A DNA stretch of 64,000 nt from Mustelus asterias (Eukaryota). The DNA is taken from the NCBI RefSeq assembly GCF_964213995.1, contig NW_027590302.1, positions 124,001 to 188,000 of the forward strand. The letters run 5' to 3'. The position numbers were made by a program, and so were the translations under genes. The notes beneath the pieces were generated by a model. The model ran no database searches. It saw nothing but the letters and a program-made list of their open reading frames with translations, and was not told the origin of the DNA. This document shows positions 25,200 to 37,288 of the stretch, in pieces. Position 1 is the first letter of the stretch; every line of letters starts with the position of its first letter.

Positions 25200-26810
25200 C
25201 AAGGCAGCCTTGTGGAGGATTTCATAGAATGCATCCGCGATAGCTTGTTTCAACAGTATGTAATGGAACCTGCGAGGGAGCAAGCTATCCTAAATCTGGT
25301 CCTGTGCAATGAGGCAGGAATAATTAATGATCTTACAGTTAGGGTTCCCCTCGGAAGAAGTGATCACAGTATGGTTGAATTTAAAGGCGGCACGGTAGCA
25401 CAGTGGTTAGCCCTGCTGCTTCACAGCTCCAGGGACCTGGGTTCGATTCCCGGCTCGGGTCACTGTCTGTGTGGAGTTTGCACATTCTCCTCGTGTCTGC
25501 GTGGGTTTCCTCCGGGTGCTCCGGTTTCCTCCCACAGTCCAAAGATGTGCGGGTTAGGTTGATTGGCCAGGTTAAAAATTGCCCCTTAGAGTCCTGAGAT
25601 GCGTAGGTTAGAGGGATTAGCGGGTAAATATGTGGGGGTAGGGCCTGGGTGGGATTGTGGTCGGTGCAGACTCGATGGGCCGAATGGCCTCCTTCTGTAC
25701 TGTAGGGTTTCTATGATTTCTATGAAAGTACAGATGGAGCGTGACAAGGTAAAATCCAATACCAGTATCTTGTGTTTAAACAAATGAGTCTACATTGGGA
25801 TGAGGGAGGATTTGGCTCAGGAAGCCGAAGAACAAAAACTTTATTGTGGGACAATTGAGGAACAGTGGAGGATCTTCAAAGCGATTTTTCACAGTGCTGA
25901 GCAAACATTTATACTAGTGATAAGGAAGGACCATAGAAAAATAGATAATCAGCCATGGATATCTAAGGGAATAAAGTGGGTGTCAGATTGAAAGAAAATG
26001 CATACAAATTGGCAAACATTAGTGGGAAACGAGAGGATTGGGAAATCTTTAAAGGTCAACGGATAGTCACGAAAAAAGCTACAAAGCGAAGTAAGATGTA
26101 TTATGAGAGTAAACTAGCTCAGAATATCAAAAGAGATAGCAAACATTTCTGCAAATATCTAAAACGAAAAAAAGTGGCTAAAGTAAACATCAGTCCCTCA
26201 GAGGATGAGAAGGGAGATGTAATAACTGGCAATGAGGAAATGGCTGAGGCAATGAACATGTATTTTGTGTTCCCCGTCACAGTGAAAGACACAAATAACA
26301 TGACAATAATTGATGACAAGAAGGCTATCACAGTTTCTAGAAACTATCATTATCACTAAAGAGGTAGCGTTGGGCAAGCAAATGGGGCTACAAGTAGACA
26401 AGCCTCCTGGCCCTGATGGAATGTATCCCACGTACTAAAAGAGATGGCAGGGGAAATAACAAATGCGCTAGTGGTAATTTACCAAAATTCGCTGGACTCT
26501 GGGGTGGTTCCAGCAGAAAACAGCAAATGTGAGGCTACGGTTTAAGAAAGGAGGTAGACAAAAGGCGGGTAAGTATAGGCTGGTTAGCCTAACTTCGGCA
26601 GCATGGAAAAGTATTTAATCTATCATCAAGGAAGAAATAGCAAGACATCTGAATATCAATTGTCCTATTGGGAAGACACAGCATGAGTTCATGAAGGGCA
26701 GGTCATGCCTGACTAATTTGGTAGAATTTTTTGAGAACATTACGTGCGCAGTGGACAATGGGGAACCGATGGATGTGGTGTATGTGGATTTCTGGAAGGC
26801 ATTTGATAAT
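25200..26810 (+). mobile_element. Decayed CR1 LINE (endonuclease end to RT) with nested SINE
   Basis: EQAILNLVLCN..LGRSDHSMVEF, PGPDGMYP, GRSCLTNLVEFFE motifs. Confidence 0.88.
25386..25724 (+). mobile_element. Full-length tRNA-derived shark SINE (HE1/V-SINE-like) nested in CR1
   Basis: GGCGGCACGGTAGCACAGTGGTTAGC A-box start, B-box, core, CTATGATTT tail; splits the CR1 ORF. Confidence 0.93.
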
Positions 26811-27337
26811 GTCGTTTGATTAAGTCTCATTTAATGAAGTTGTTCAGAAGCTGCGCCACGTGTATTAAAGGGATAGCAACAGTGTGATTATTATATTGGA
26901 TAACAAACAGAAAGAAGTGAGAGGTCGTGAACGATGGTTATTCTGTCTGCAGTAGAATATACAATGATGTTAACTGGAGTCAATATTAGGACCACTACTC
27001 CTTATGGTGCAGAAAAATAACTCCAACTTCTAAAAAAGAAGTTCCACACTTTCAGATTTGGAATTCAGAGTGTGAAACACTGAGGAGGATAGTAGTAAGA
27101 TTCAGAAGGATATACACAGATTCTAGAAACATATAAAAATAGAAAATATGAGCAGGAGAGTCCATTCGGACCTGAGAGACTGCTGCGACATTCATTATGA
27201 TAAAGGTTGTTCGTGCAACTCAGTAGTCTGATCCTGTCTTCCCCATATCCTTTGGTTATGAAGAGACACGAAGCAAACGGAACCTAATGCAGCGATGTGT
27301 GAAAGACAAAGTTTTGAGAAGGAATTCATATTACATC

Positions 27338-28312
27338 CTTAATATTAATCATTTGGATGAGAATATAGGAGGCATGGTTAGTAAGTTTGCAGATGACGTC
27401 AAGATTGGTGGCATAGTGGACAGAGAAGAAAGTTATCTCCAATTGCAACGGGATCTTGATCAATTGGGCCAGTGGGCTGACGAATCGCAGATGGAGTTAA
27501 ATTTAGACACATGCAAGGTGATGCATTTTGTTAGATTGAACCAGGGTAGGACTTACTCAGTGAATGGTATGGCGTTGGGGAGAGTTACCGAACAAAGAGA
27601 TCTAGGGGTACATGTTCATAGCTGCTTGAAAGTGGAGTCACAGGTGGACAGAATGGCGAAGAAGGCATTCGGCATGTTTGGTTTCATCCGTCAGACATTG
27701 AATACAGGAGTTGGGACGTCTTGTGGAAGCTGTACAAGACATTGGTAAGGCCACACTTGGAATACTGTGTGCAATTCAGGTCACCCTATTATAGAAAGGA
27801 TATTATTAAACTAGAAAGAGTGCAGAAAAGATTTACTAGGATGCTATCGGATTTTGATGGATTGAGTTAGAAGGAGAGGCTGGATAGATAGGGACTTTTT
27901 TCTCTGGAGCGTAAGAGTTTGATGGGTGATCTTATAAAGGTCGATAAAATAATGAGGGGCACAGATCAGCAAGATAGTCAATATATTTTCCCAAAGGTAG
28001 GGGAGTCTAAAATTAGAGGGCATGGGTTTAAGGTGAGAGGGGAGCGATACAAAAGTGTCCAGAGGAGCAATGTTTTCACACAGAGAGTGGTGAATGTCTG
28101 GAACAAGCTGCCAGAGGTAGTAGTAGAGGTGAGTACAATTTTGTCTTTTAAAAAGCATTTAGATAGTTACATGGGTACGATGGGTATCGAGGGATATGGT
28201 CCAAATGCGGGCAATTGCGATTAGCTCAGGGGTTTAAAAAAAGGGCGGCATGGACAAGTTGAGCCGAAGGGCCTGTTTCCATGTTGTAAACCTCTATGAC
28301 TCTATCTATGAC
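27338..28312 (+). mobile_element. CR1 LINE 3' fragment
   Basis: KFADDVKIGG, QRDLGVHVH, FTQRVVNVWN; CTCTATGA tail. Confidence 0.9.
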
Positions 28313-29392
28313 GCTAATCAGGCGATGCAATGTAAACTAAACGCGACTATTTTAAACGTGTGCCGCAACAGAATGAATGCAGGCACGCATGGATATCACT
28401 GGGATGAGCAGATTATAAAATTGTTCATAATCCGCAGAGGATGTTTGTCTATAATTTGAGACATAGTACAAAAGTAAGGAAGCTATGTTAAAATTTTATA
28501 CGTCATTGAACTGAGGAATTGTGTCTCATTCTGGTCAGTAGGTAGAAGAAGGGATATGAGGGTCTTGGAGAGTTCAAAGAAGATGTTGACTGGAATGATG
28601 TCAGGAAATGACGGATTTCAGTTGCATAGAGAGATTAGAGAAACTGTAATTGTTCTCCTTTAATCCATGATGGTGAATGGGGAATCTAATTCAAATTAAC
28701 ATTGAACTTTGAGAGAGTAAGGCAAAACTGTTTCCAAAGAACAGTTCCAAGGTTTACAATAATTGTTAAAATATCCTGAAGGGAGATAAATAGAACATTG
28801 TTAAACTATACTACTTTAATATGGAATATGTCACTGAAGATTCACTGGAAATCTTCAAAAGGGAATTGCATAAACTGATGGGGTATGGGGGTGGGATCTT
28901 CAGAGCTGTCGACAAAAAGGAGGTATCAGGAACAAAATCCAATAGCTCTTTAAAAGACAGTTATGGCACGATGGAGGCTGCACAATTTTCCGATTCAGTG
29001 ATTATAGAATCCACTGAGTGCCTATCTCATATTGACATTCAGCAACTTTGTTTTTAAACCAGACATTAAGTACTATTTCTACATTTTTGTTCAGAAGATA
29101 TCTTTTTGCAATTGTAAACATCTTGGCAATCAGATTTTCTTGAAAATCCGAATACAATCACTCAGCCCGTTTCTGCAGCTGCCAGAGGGGGCAGATACGC
29201 TGCTCACACACTGAACTCTCATCACTTAGGTTATATTACAATCCAAAGATAGTTTCTGCACTGTCAATCTGTATAACTGTGAATATTCAGCACAATTTGA
29301 AACTTCCCACGTCTCCCAGATATACATCTTCAGCGTTAAACCGAAGAAGCAACCCGATACTTAGTGGGCTGAAGAAAATCAGCTGCCAATCG

Positions 29393-29729
29393 GGCGGCAC
29401 GGTAGCACAATGTTTAGCACTGCTGTGTCACAGCTCCAAGGACCTGGGTTCGATTCCCGGCTTGGGTCACTGGCTGTGTGGAGTTTGCACATTGTCTCCG
29501 TGTGTTTCCTCCGGGTGCTCCGGTTTTCTCCCACAGTCCAAAGATGTGCGGGCTAGATTGATTGGCTATGCTAAAATTGCCCCGAGTGTCCTGAGATGCG
29601 TTGGTTAGAGAGATTAGTCGGTAAATATGTAGGGATATGGGGGCAGGGACTGGGTGGGATTGTGGTCGGTGCAGACTCGATGGGACAAATGGCCTCTTTC
29701 TGCACTGGAGGGATTCTATGATTCTTTGA
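29393..29729 (+). mobile_element. tRNA-derived shark SINE
   Basis: Same family as 25386-25724. Confidence 0.9.
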
Positions 29730-31288
29730 CTCCTCCCACAAAACACGTCAGCGCCTCCTGTAGTGTTTTTATCGGTACCAGAGCACATGATACCTGTGGC
29801 TGTCTGTGCAGTGTGAATCGGGCAAAACCATAAATTCTTTCTGCAAAGAGGCTGCTGACGGCAAACTTTAATAATTTGCGTAAAAATAGCACGGACCTTC
29901 GAACAGTCAATGTTCAGCAAACTGAAATATTTTTAGATACTGGGAACATCTAGAACTTCCTTCATCATTCAATTATAGAATGATATCATTCAGCACATCG
30001 TGCCTCGGTGGCCACTTTTGCAGAGTTACCAATTTATTATCATTCCACTGTGCCTACACGACTGCCTTGCTAATGTTTCCATGGCTTTAGTTGTCCAATT
30101 CATTGTTGACATTTACTATTAACTCTTCTTCCACAAGTCTTTCAGAGTATATTCCATATGACAACAAATCACATTGTAAAGCAAATGCCTGCTCAAATTG
30201 CCGCTGGTTCTTTCTCAAATGCCATGCCTTTCAATGTCAGTCATCTGGTGACAAACCTTCTGCCATTAGGTGCCACGTTTCCTTATTTATTCAACTGGAA
30301 TAACTGTCAATATTAATCAAATATTATCTCAAACTTCCTTGTTCGACAGCGAAGAGTCCCACTTTCTCCAATATTTCAATATATATAGGCCCGCATCTTG
30401 CACAAGATCCTCAAATCATTAATCAAATATGGTGCACACAATAATCTAATTTAGACAATATCGATGGTGTAGGAATCGCTGGGTATGTGGTAAATTAATG
30501 CGTGGATGTTGTCAGTGGAAGGTGTGATATTGTAACCTGATCATCACTTTCTGGACTGAGGGAAGCTGCCTGTTCTGAGGCTCCGGCATTCTGCTCAAAC
30601 ATGTAACTGAGTTCCCGCAAACCCCCTCAGGGTGTTGCTAAAGGAAAGGGGCACTACAGAAATAAGAGCGGAAATAATACCATCCAATAAAATCACATTG
30701 ACCGATCTCCCAACTCACTACTGCGGGGAAAAGAGGGTGGGAGCTTCCACTGACAAAACAACGCCATCTCCTATCTCCTGTACAGCAGCCTAACGTGGGT
30801 GGGATTTTGAAACGCAGCTCACAGATCCAAGGAAACGATGAATGTCAGCTCACTCATTAAAACTGACCGTCATTCATACAATATAGCATAAGAAACTGCA
30901 GGTCCGTACGCTCCATCAAAGGTCTCGTGAGCACGGCCCTCTTCCACTCAACTACAGACCATAGAATATTCCAAAAATGCGGCTCGCAACAGCCAGGGAG
31001 GCGGTGGGGGGGGGGGGGGGGGGGGGGCGGGCGGTGCGGTGGCAAAATGATTTTGGAAGCTCCAAGGCAGAAATAGCGGTCGTGGATAATGGACTGAATA
31101 TTAACAGATGAGCGTCGCATTTGAATCCTCAAGTTTTTTTTCGTCGTGAACTTTGGCTTTGGCACAAGTTACCAGTGCTCGGGTTTGAAGTATTTCAGTG
31201 CAGCTCTGAAGTTCAGTCTCCCAGAGAAGCGCAGGTCTGCAGTCTCCAGCTCCCGGTCATCTGATCATTTGTTCCAGGCAGCAGAACG

Positions 31289-31316
31289 ATGGGAATCCTC
31301 TTTGTTTTCACCCTGA
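31289..31316 (+). other. Candidate signal-peptide mini-exon (MGILFVFTL) downstream of a CpG/G22 block
   Basis: ACGATGG start context, hydrophobic codons, consensus donor GTGAGT at 31317; no intact downstream coding exon identified. Confidence 0.35.
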
Positions 31317-32254
31317 GTGAGTACCGAGTTTTCAGATAACAGGATTGTCCAATGTGAATAAATTGAGTAGCCCGGGCCTTTAATCCTAGAATTGGGAGGA
31401 ATTAGAGGTACACTCATTGAAACACACAATATTATTAAGTTGTTGATAGAACAGATACGTGGCCGATATATCCAATCTGTGGAGTCTATAACTTGATGTC
31501 ACAGTTTCAGAATAAGGGTACAGACATTTGAACCCAGAAGAGAGGAATGTCTTCAATCAAACCACTGTTGTGAATCTGTAGACTCTATCCCACAGAGAGT
31601 TGTGGATTATCATTGCAGGGTGTATGCAAGGCTGTATTCGATTGATAGTTGGATATTAAAATAATCCAAGGATTTTGAGGACAATGTAGAAAGTTGTTGG
31701 TGAAGTAATAGATCATCCACGTCATTCCTGAATGGCAGAGCAGCTTCGTAAGTTGGTCGGACCGCTCCTACTTCTATCAGTTAGAATTTTCCGACTCTCG
31801 TTATGCACATATAAGTAAAGAAATCAGCAACATTCCACATCTCACTGAAAGGTGTAACGTGCTGAGTCTCTCTTCTCTGGAGAATGGAGAACCGGGAGGA
31901 GGATACGCAGACATGACTTAAATTATGGATGGGTTCAATGGAGTGATTGTGGAACTATTGTTTATTTGTGGGTAATCTCCAGAGCATTGGGCCATGAACA
32001 TGTTATCGTCACGAACAGAAACGTTATTAAAAGGTATTAAAATGAAGGAATTTAAACAAAGAGACGTCAGAATTTAGAACTTGTTGCCACCCCGCGTGTT
32101 TGGACCAGGGTGTACTGATACATTTATGGGTAAGTTTGAAACGATAGACCAATACAGGGTGTGTGAAATGGGCAATTAGATTACTGGTGGGGGCTGAATA
32201 GTATGGAGTCTACACGTACATGAATCTGTTGAACTGAATGAGCGATCCCTCTTC

Positions 32255-32600
32255 TGCAGCTTCAGTACAATGTACAACTTAGAGAATACTCTGCCCAGAG
32301 TTCTCGGGAGAGGATGATTTGATGGACAGAAATAATTGAAATTGCCAGAGAGCCGGAAGAGGCAGCACCCAGTGAGTAACAATAAAACCACTGCGGAAGC
32401 TGAACATTCTGATCCCAAACGACAACTGAGAGACTTTGGGACAAGTTCCCGCGATTGCAAGAACCCCAACCACCATAAAGTCAAACTAGGAATCAAAATA
32501 ATAAAAACTGTAGATATTTCAAATCCCAGAAGCAGGGAGAAAATTGAATTCACTCAACAAATAAACAAATAGAGAAAAAGGCTGATAGCAACTGCCTGAA
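32255..32600 (+). repeat. Exon-like segment, inverted paralog of 36950-37288
   Basis: Shares GAAATTGYCAGAGAGCCGGAAGAGGCAG..CCCAGTGAGTAACA.TAAAA.CACTGCG and weaker flanking similarity over ~340 bp. Confidence 0.8.
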
Positions 32601-33046
32601 AATATAACATCCTTCGTGGAATCATACAGCGCTGAAGGATGAAATACGGCCTTTGATTAGATACTGTCCTTTTAAAGGTCTAATCTAATTATTTCCGCTC
32701 TCCATGCATTGCTCTGGAGCGTTGACCCTATTGTCTTCCTTCCCCAGCACTGAGCAATTATCCGTTTGAACGTTACTGTTGACCATATTCACCCTTCATT
32801 CCAACAGTGCTTTCCAGATCGTTGTTTAAAATAGAGCATCACCTGATCCTTTACCGTGTTATATTTCATCAAAATTAAATACAGTTAGAAAAGGTTACAA
32901 ATCAATAGAACTGCCAGGAATGCCAAAACAAAAATAATCCAAATAACATGATTCCCCATGGAAACAATAACTAAACAAACAATAATATCCGATTTTTAAT
33001 CTCCAGTCAGATTACAGACGAGTGTCGGCAATCCTCATCATGTGCA

Positions 33047-33085
33047 GGTTTATGTGCAGCTCTCTCCGTGTTCTGCATCACTGTG
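33047..33085 (-). promoter_or_regulatory. Distal 23-RSS (tandem duplicate)
   Basis: Minus strand CACAGTG (33085-33079) + 23 nt + ACATAAACC (33055-33047). Confidence 0.85.
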
Positions 33086-33107
33086 TCTGTAATCCTCACT
33101 ATGTTCA

Positions 33108-33147
33108 GGTTTTTGCACAGATCTCTCCGTGTTACTGTGTCACTGTG
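33108..33147 (-). promoter_or_regulatory. Proximal 23-type RSS of the TCR-delta V
   Basis: Minus strand CACAGTG (33147-33141) + 24 nt + GCAAAAACC (33116-33108). Confidence 0.85.
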
Positions 33148-35442
33148 CTGTGTGCCGACTCAGTGCGCAGTAATAATTAGCAGAGTCGTTCAGTTGCAAT
33201 TTCGAGATTTCTAACCGGCTGATCTTCTCGGCAGAATCGATATAAATTCTAGGCTGACGAATGGGGTTTAACTGAGATAGATGCGATGCATTTCGGTAGA
33301 TTGAACCAGGGCAGGACTTACTCAGTTAATGGGGGGGCGTTGGGGACAGTTACAGAACAAAGAGATCTCGGGGTACATGTTCATAGCTCCTTGAAAGTGG
33401 AGTCACAGGTGGAGAGAGTGGTGAAGAAGTCATTCAGCATGTTGGTTTCATTGGTCAGAACATTGAATGCAGGAGTTGGGACGTCTTGTTGAAGTTCTGC
33501 AAGACATTGGTAAGGCCACACGTGGAATTCTGAGTACCGTTCTGGTCACCCTATTATAGAAAGAATATTATGAAACTAGAAAGAGTGCAGAAAAGATTTA
33601 TTAGCATGCGACTGTGACTTGATGGTTTGAGTTACAAGGAGAGGCTGGACAGACTGGAATTTCTTTCTCTGGAGCGTAGAAGGCTGAGGAGCGATCTTAT
33701 AGAGGTCTATAAAATAATAGAACATGGAACATAGAAAAGCTACAGCACAAACAGGCCCTTTGGCCCACGAGTTGCGCCGAACATGTCCCTACCTACTAGG
33801 CTTACCTATAACCCTCTATTTTACTAACTTCCATGAACTTATCCAAAAGTCTCTTAAAAGACCTTATCGAATCCGCCTCCACCACCGGCAGCCGATTCTA
33901 CGCACCCATCACCTTCTGAGTGAAAGACGTACCCCCCACATCTCCTCTGTACCTACTCCCCAGCACCCTAAACCTGTGACTTCTTGTGGCAACCATTTCA
34001 GCCCTGGGTAAAAGCCTCTGAGAATTCACTCTATCAATACCTCTCAACATCCTATACACCTCTATCAGGTCACCTTCGCCTCTCCACGGAGAAAAGACCC
34101 AGCTCTCTCAACCTATCCTCCTAAGGCATGCCACCTAATCCAGGCAACATCCTTGTAAATCTGCTCTGCACCCTTTCTATGGCTTCCACATCCTTTCTGC
34201 AATGAGGCGACCAGAACTGGGCACAGTACTCCAGGTGAGGTCTGACCAGGGCCCTATACAGCTGCAGCATTATCTCCATATTTCTGAACTCAATTCCTCT
34301 ATTGATGAAGGCCAGTATTCCATACGGCTTTTTAACCACAGCCTCTACCTGCGACGCTGCTTTGAGCGTCCTATGAACCCGGACCCCAAGATCCTTCTGA
34401 TCTTCCACACTGCCAACCGTCTTACCCTTAATGTTATATTCTTTCATCTGATTCGACCTAATGAGGGGCACAGATCAGCTAGATAGTCCATATATTTTCC
34501 CAAAGGTAGGAGAGTTTAAAACTAGAGGGCATAGGTTGAAGGTGAGAGGGGAGAGATGCAAACGTGTCCAGAGGGGCAATGTTTTCACACAGAGGTCTGG
34601 AACAAACTGCCAGAGGTAGTAGTATAGGCGGGTACAATTTTGTCTTTTAAAAGCATTTGGACAGTTACATAGGTAAGATGGGTATAGAGGGATATGGGCC
34701 AAACAGGGCAATTGTGATTAGCTTAGGGGTTTTAAAAAAAAGGGTGGCATGGACAAGTTGGGCATTCCCCACCCTCTGTGTGAAAAAATGCCCCTTTGGA
34801 CACTTTTGAATGTCTCCCCTCTCGCCTTAAACCTACGCCCTCTAGTTTTAGACTCCCCTCCCTTTGGGAAAATGTATTGATTATCTAGCTGATCTGTGTC
34901 GCTCATTATTTTATAGACCTCGATAAGATCACCCCTCAGCCTTCTATGCACCAGAGAAAAAAGTCCCAGTCTATCCATCCTCTCATTATAACTCAAACCA
35001 TCAAGTCCCGGTAGCATCTTAGTAAATCTTTTCTGCACTCTTTCTGGTTTAATAATATCCATTCTATAATAGGGTGACCAAAACTGAAAACAATATTCCA
35101 AGTGTGGCCTTACCCATGTCTTGTACAACTTCAACAAGATGTCCCAATCCTGCATTCAATGTTCTGACCAATGAAACCAAGCATGCTGAATGCCTGTTTC
35201 CATGCTGTAAACCTCTATGACTCGATGACTCTAAGCAGAAATGATCCCCCCGGCAGCATTTTCTTTACTTGCCGTTCCTGAAGTGTGTGTCTGAAGCAGG
35301 CATTTCGGAGTCTGTCCTGGGGACTGACTGTGCCAGTGTGTTATGTACTGACAAGTTCCTGAATATTCACATCGTAGAGCAACCGTGTCAACGGCAGCAG
35401 AGGTTTGAAGGGGCGGGTTCTTGGACACGAGGGAACTGGAAT
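33148..35442 (-). pseudogene. TRDV: TCR-delta V segment of the NAR-TCR supporting type, split by LINE insertion (5' part 35442-35234, 3' part 33244-33148)
   Basis: Joined halves read without stops: xSSSLVSKNPPLQTSAAVDTVALRCEYSGTCQYITHWHSQSPGQTPKCLLQTHTSGTASKENAAGGIISAYIDSAEKISRLEISKLQLNDSANYYCALSRHT; canonical C/W/YYC, extra CDR1 Cys, phase-1 acceptor TCCTCCAG, RSS at 3' end. Confidence 0.88.
33246..35231. mobile_element. Composite CR1 insertion: + fragment, nested - CR1 (~33719-34458), inverted piece (~34765-35193), + 3' tail
   Basis: CR1 RT C-terminal peptides on both strands; outer element resumes after the nested copy; TAA shared at both outer junctions. Confidence 0.88.
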
Positions 35443-35746
35443 CTGGAGGATTTTAAAAAATGGAGTGTTTATGCACTTTTCTACCCGTGCAATGTGGAAA
35501 GCACGGGAACAAATCTATTCTTTTGCGGTGTTGCTATTATATTAAATCTGATGGAACTATATTCACTGTTATTACAATACAAACCAGTGAGGACTGACGT
35601 GATATTTTATATTACACAGCAAGTATTTCTGATCTGGATTGCACGATTAGAATGAGTGGTGGGAGCAGATTCAACAGTGAATTATTAACTGGTTATGATT
35701 AAGTACTGGCACAGGAAAGGTAAACAGCGTTATGGGGAAAAATCAT

Positions 35747-36616
35747 AGAACATAGAACAGTACAGCACAGAACAGGCCCTTCGGCCCACGATGTTGTGCC
35801 GAGCTTTATCTGAAACCAAGATCAAGCTATCCCACTCCCTATCATCCTGGTGTGCTCCATGTGCCTATCCAATAACCGCTTAAATGTTCCTAAAGTGTCT
35901 GACTCCACTATCACTGCAGGCAGTCCATTCCACACCCCAACCACTCTCTGCGTAAAGAACCTACCTCTGATATCCTTCCTATATCTCCCACCATGAACCC
36001 TACAGTTATGCCCCCTTGTAATAGCTCCATCCACCCGAGGAAATAGTCTTTGAACGTTCACTCTATCTATCCCCTTCATCATTTTATAAACCTCTATTAA
36101 GTCTCCCCTCAGCCTCCTCCGCTCCAGAGAGAACAGCCCTAGCTCCCTCAACGTTTCCTCATAAGACCTACCCTCCAAACCAGGCAGCATCCTGGTAAAT
36201 CTCTCTGCACTCTTTCCAGCGCTTCCACATCCTTCTTATAGTGAGGTGACCAGAACTGCACACAATATTCCAAATGTGGTCTCACCAAGGTCCTGTACAG
36301 TTGCAGCATAACCCCACGGCTCTTAAACTCCAACCCCCTGTTAATAAAAGCTAACACACTATAGGCCTTCTTCACAGCTCTATCCACTTGAGTGGCAACA
36401 TTTAGAGATCTGTGGATATAGACCCCAAGATCTCTCTGTTCCTCCACAGTCTTCAGAACCCTACCTCTGACCCTGTAATCCACATTTAAATTAGTCCTAC
36501 CAAAATGAATCACCTCACATTTATCAGGGTTAAACTCCATTTGCCATTTTTCAGCCAAGCTTTGCATCCTATCTATGTCTCTTTGCAGCCTACGACAGCC
36601 CTCCACCTCATCCACT
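35747..36616 (-). mobile_element. Young 5'-truncated CR1 LINE with 6-bp TSD
   Basis: Near-intact ORF end (..HTRMIGSGIA), AGAACAT tail, AATCAT on both flanks; near-identical to 52045-52542. Confidence 0.93.
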
Positions 36617-36949
36617 AATCATGGGCATTAGGAAGTGTTGGAATTCATTTATAAAGGGGCAACATCTACCAGAAGGGCCGAATGTCATTCCACCGCGCTG
36701 TGTGATCCTATGATGTATTCGACATTTCAGTTTATATTTTCCTTACTGACAGACAAACACGAGGGAAAGTTGATTATCAGTGAGGCAATCTGTTTCCAGA
36801 AATGATTGTCCGAGGGTAGCCCAGCGGTGTTCCATCACTGAGCAGACCAAGATCCAACAGAGTATTAATGTGATTCATCAGCTCCAAAGGGGCCGAACGA
36901 TGCTGCACATCGATGTCAAATGTCATTTATTTATTTCGGTTTCATACTT

Positions 36950-37288
36950 CCTGGGAGTCTATGCTTCCCTTTTCATCTCCTTGTTTATCTTCTACTTACG
37001 CGAAATATTGTTTCTCGCTTTCGATTGCAATAGAAATATTTATAGTCAGTTTCATTTTATTTCTACATTCACTTTGTGTTGTTTGGGTGTCTTGTAATCA
37101 TGGGAACACATCTCTCTGTTGTCGGTTGAGTTCAGTCTGTTCATTTTTCGCAGTGATTTTACTGTTACTCACTGGGAACTGCCTCTTCCGGCTCTCTGAC
37201 AATTTCAAATCTTTCTGCACACTAACATTCTGTCCCTGATTCTCTGGGCAGAGTTTTTTCTGAGTTTTACATTCTGCAGAATCTGCCG
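36950..37288 (-). repeat. Exon-like segment, inverted paralog of 32255-32600
   Basis: Same core as above; donor GTGAGT at 37172-37167 faces the TCR-delta V exon. Confidence 0.8.

Noticed and set aside
25386-25460. tRNA gene
   Set aside because: tRNA-derived head of a SINE present in several copies.
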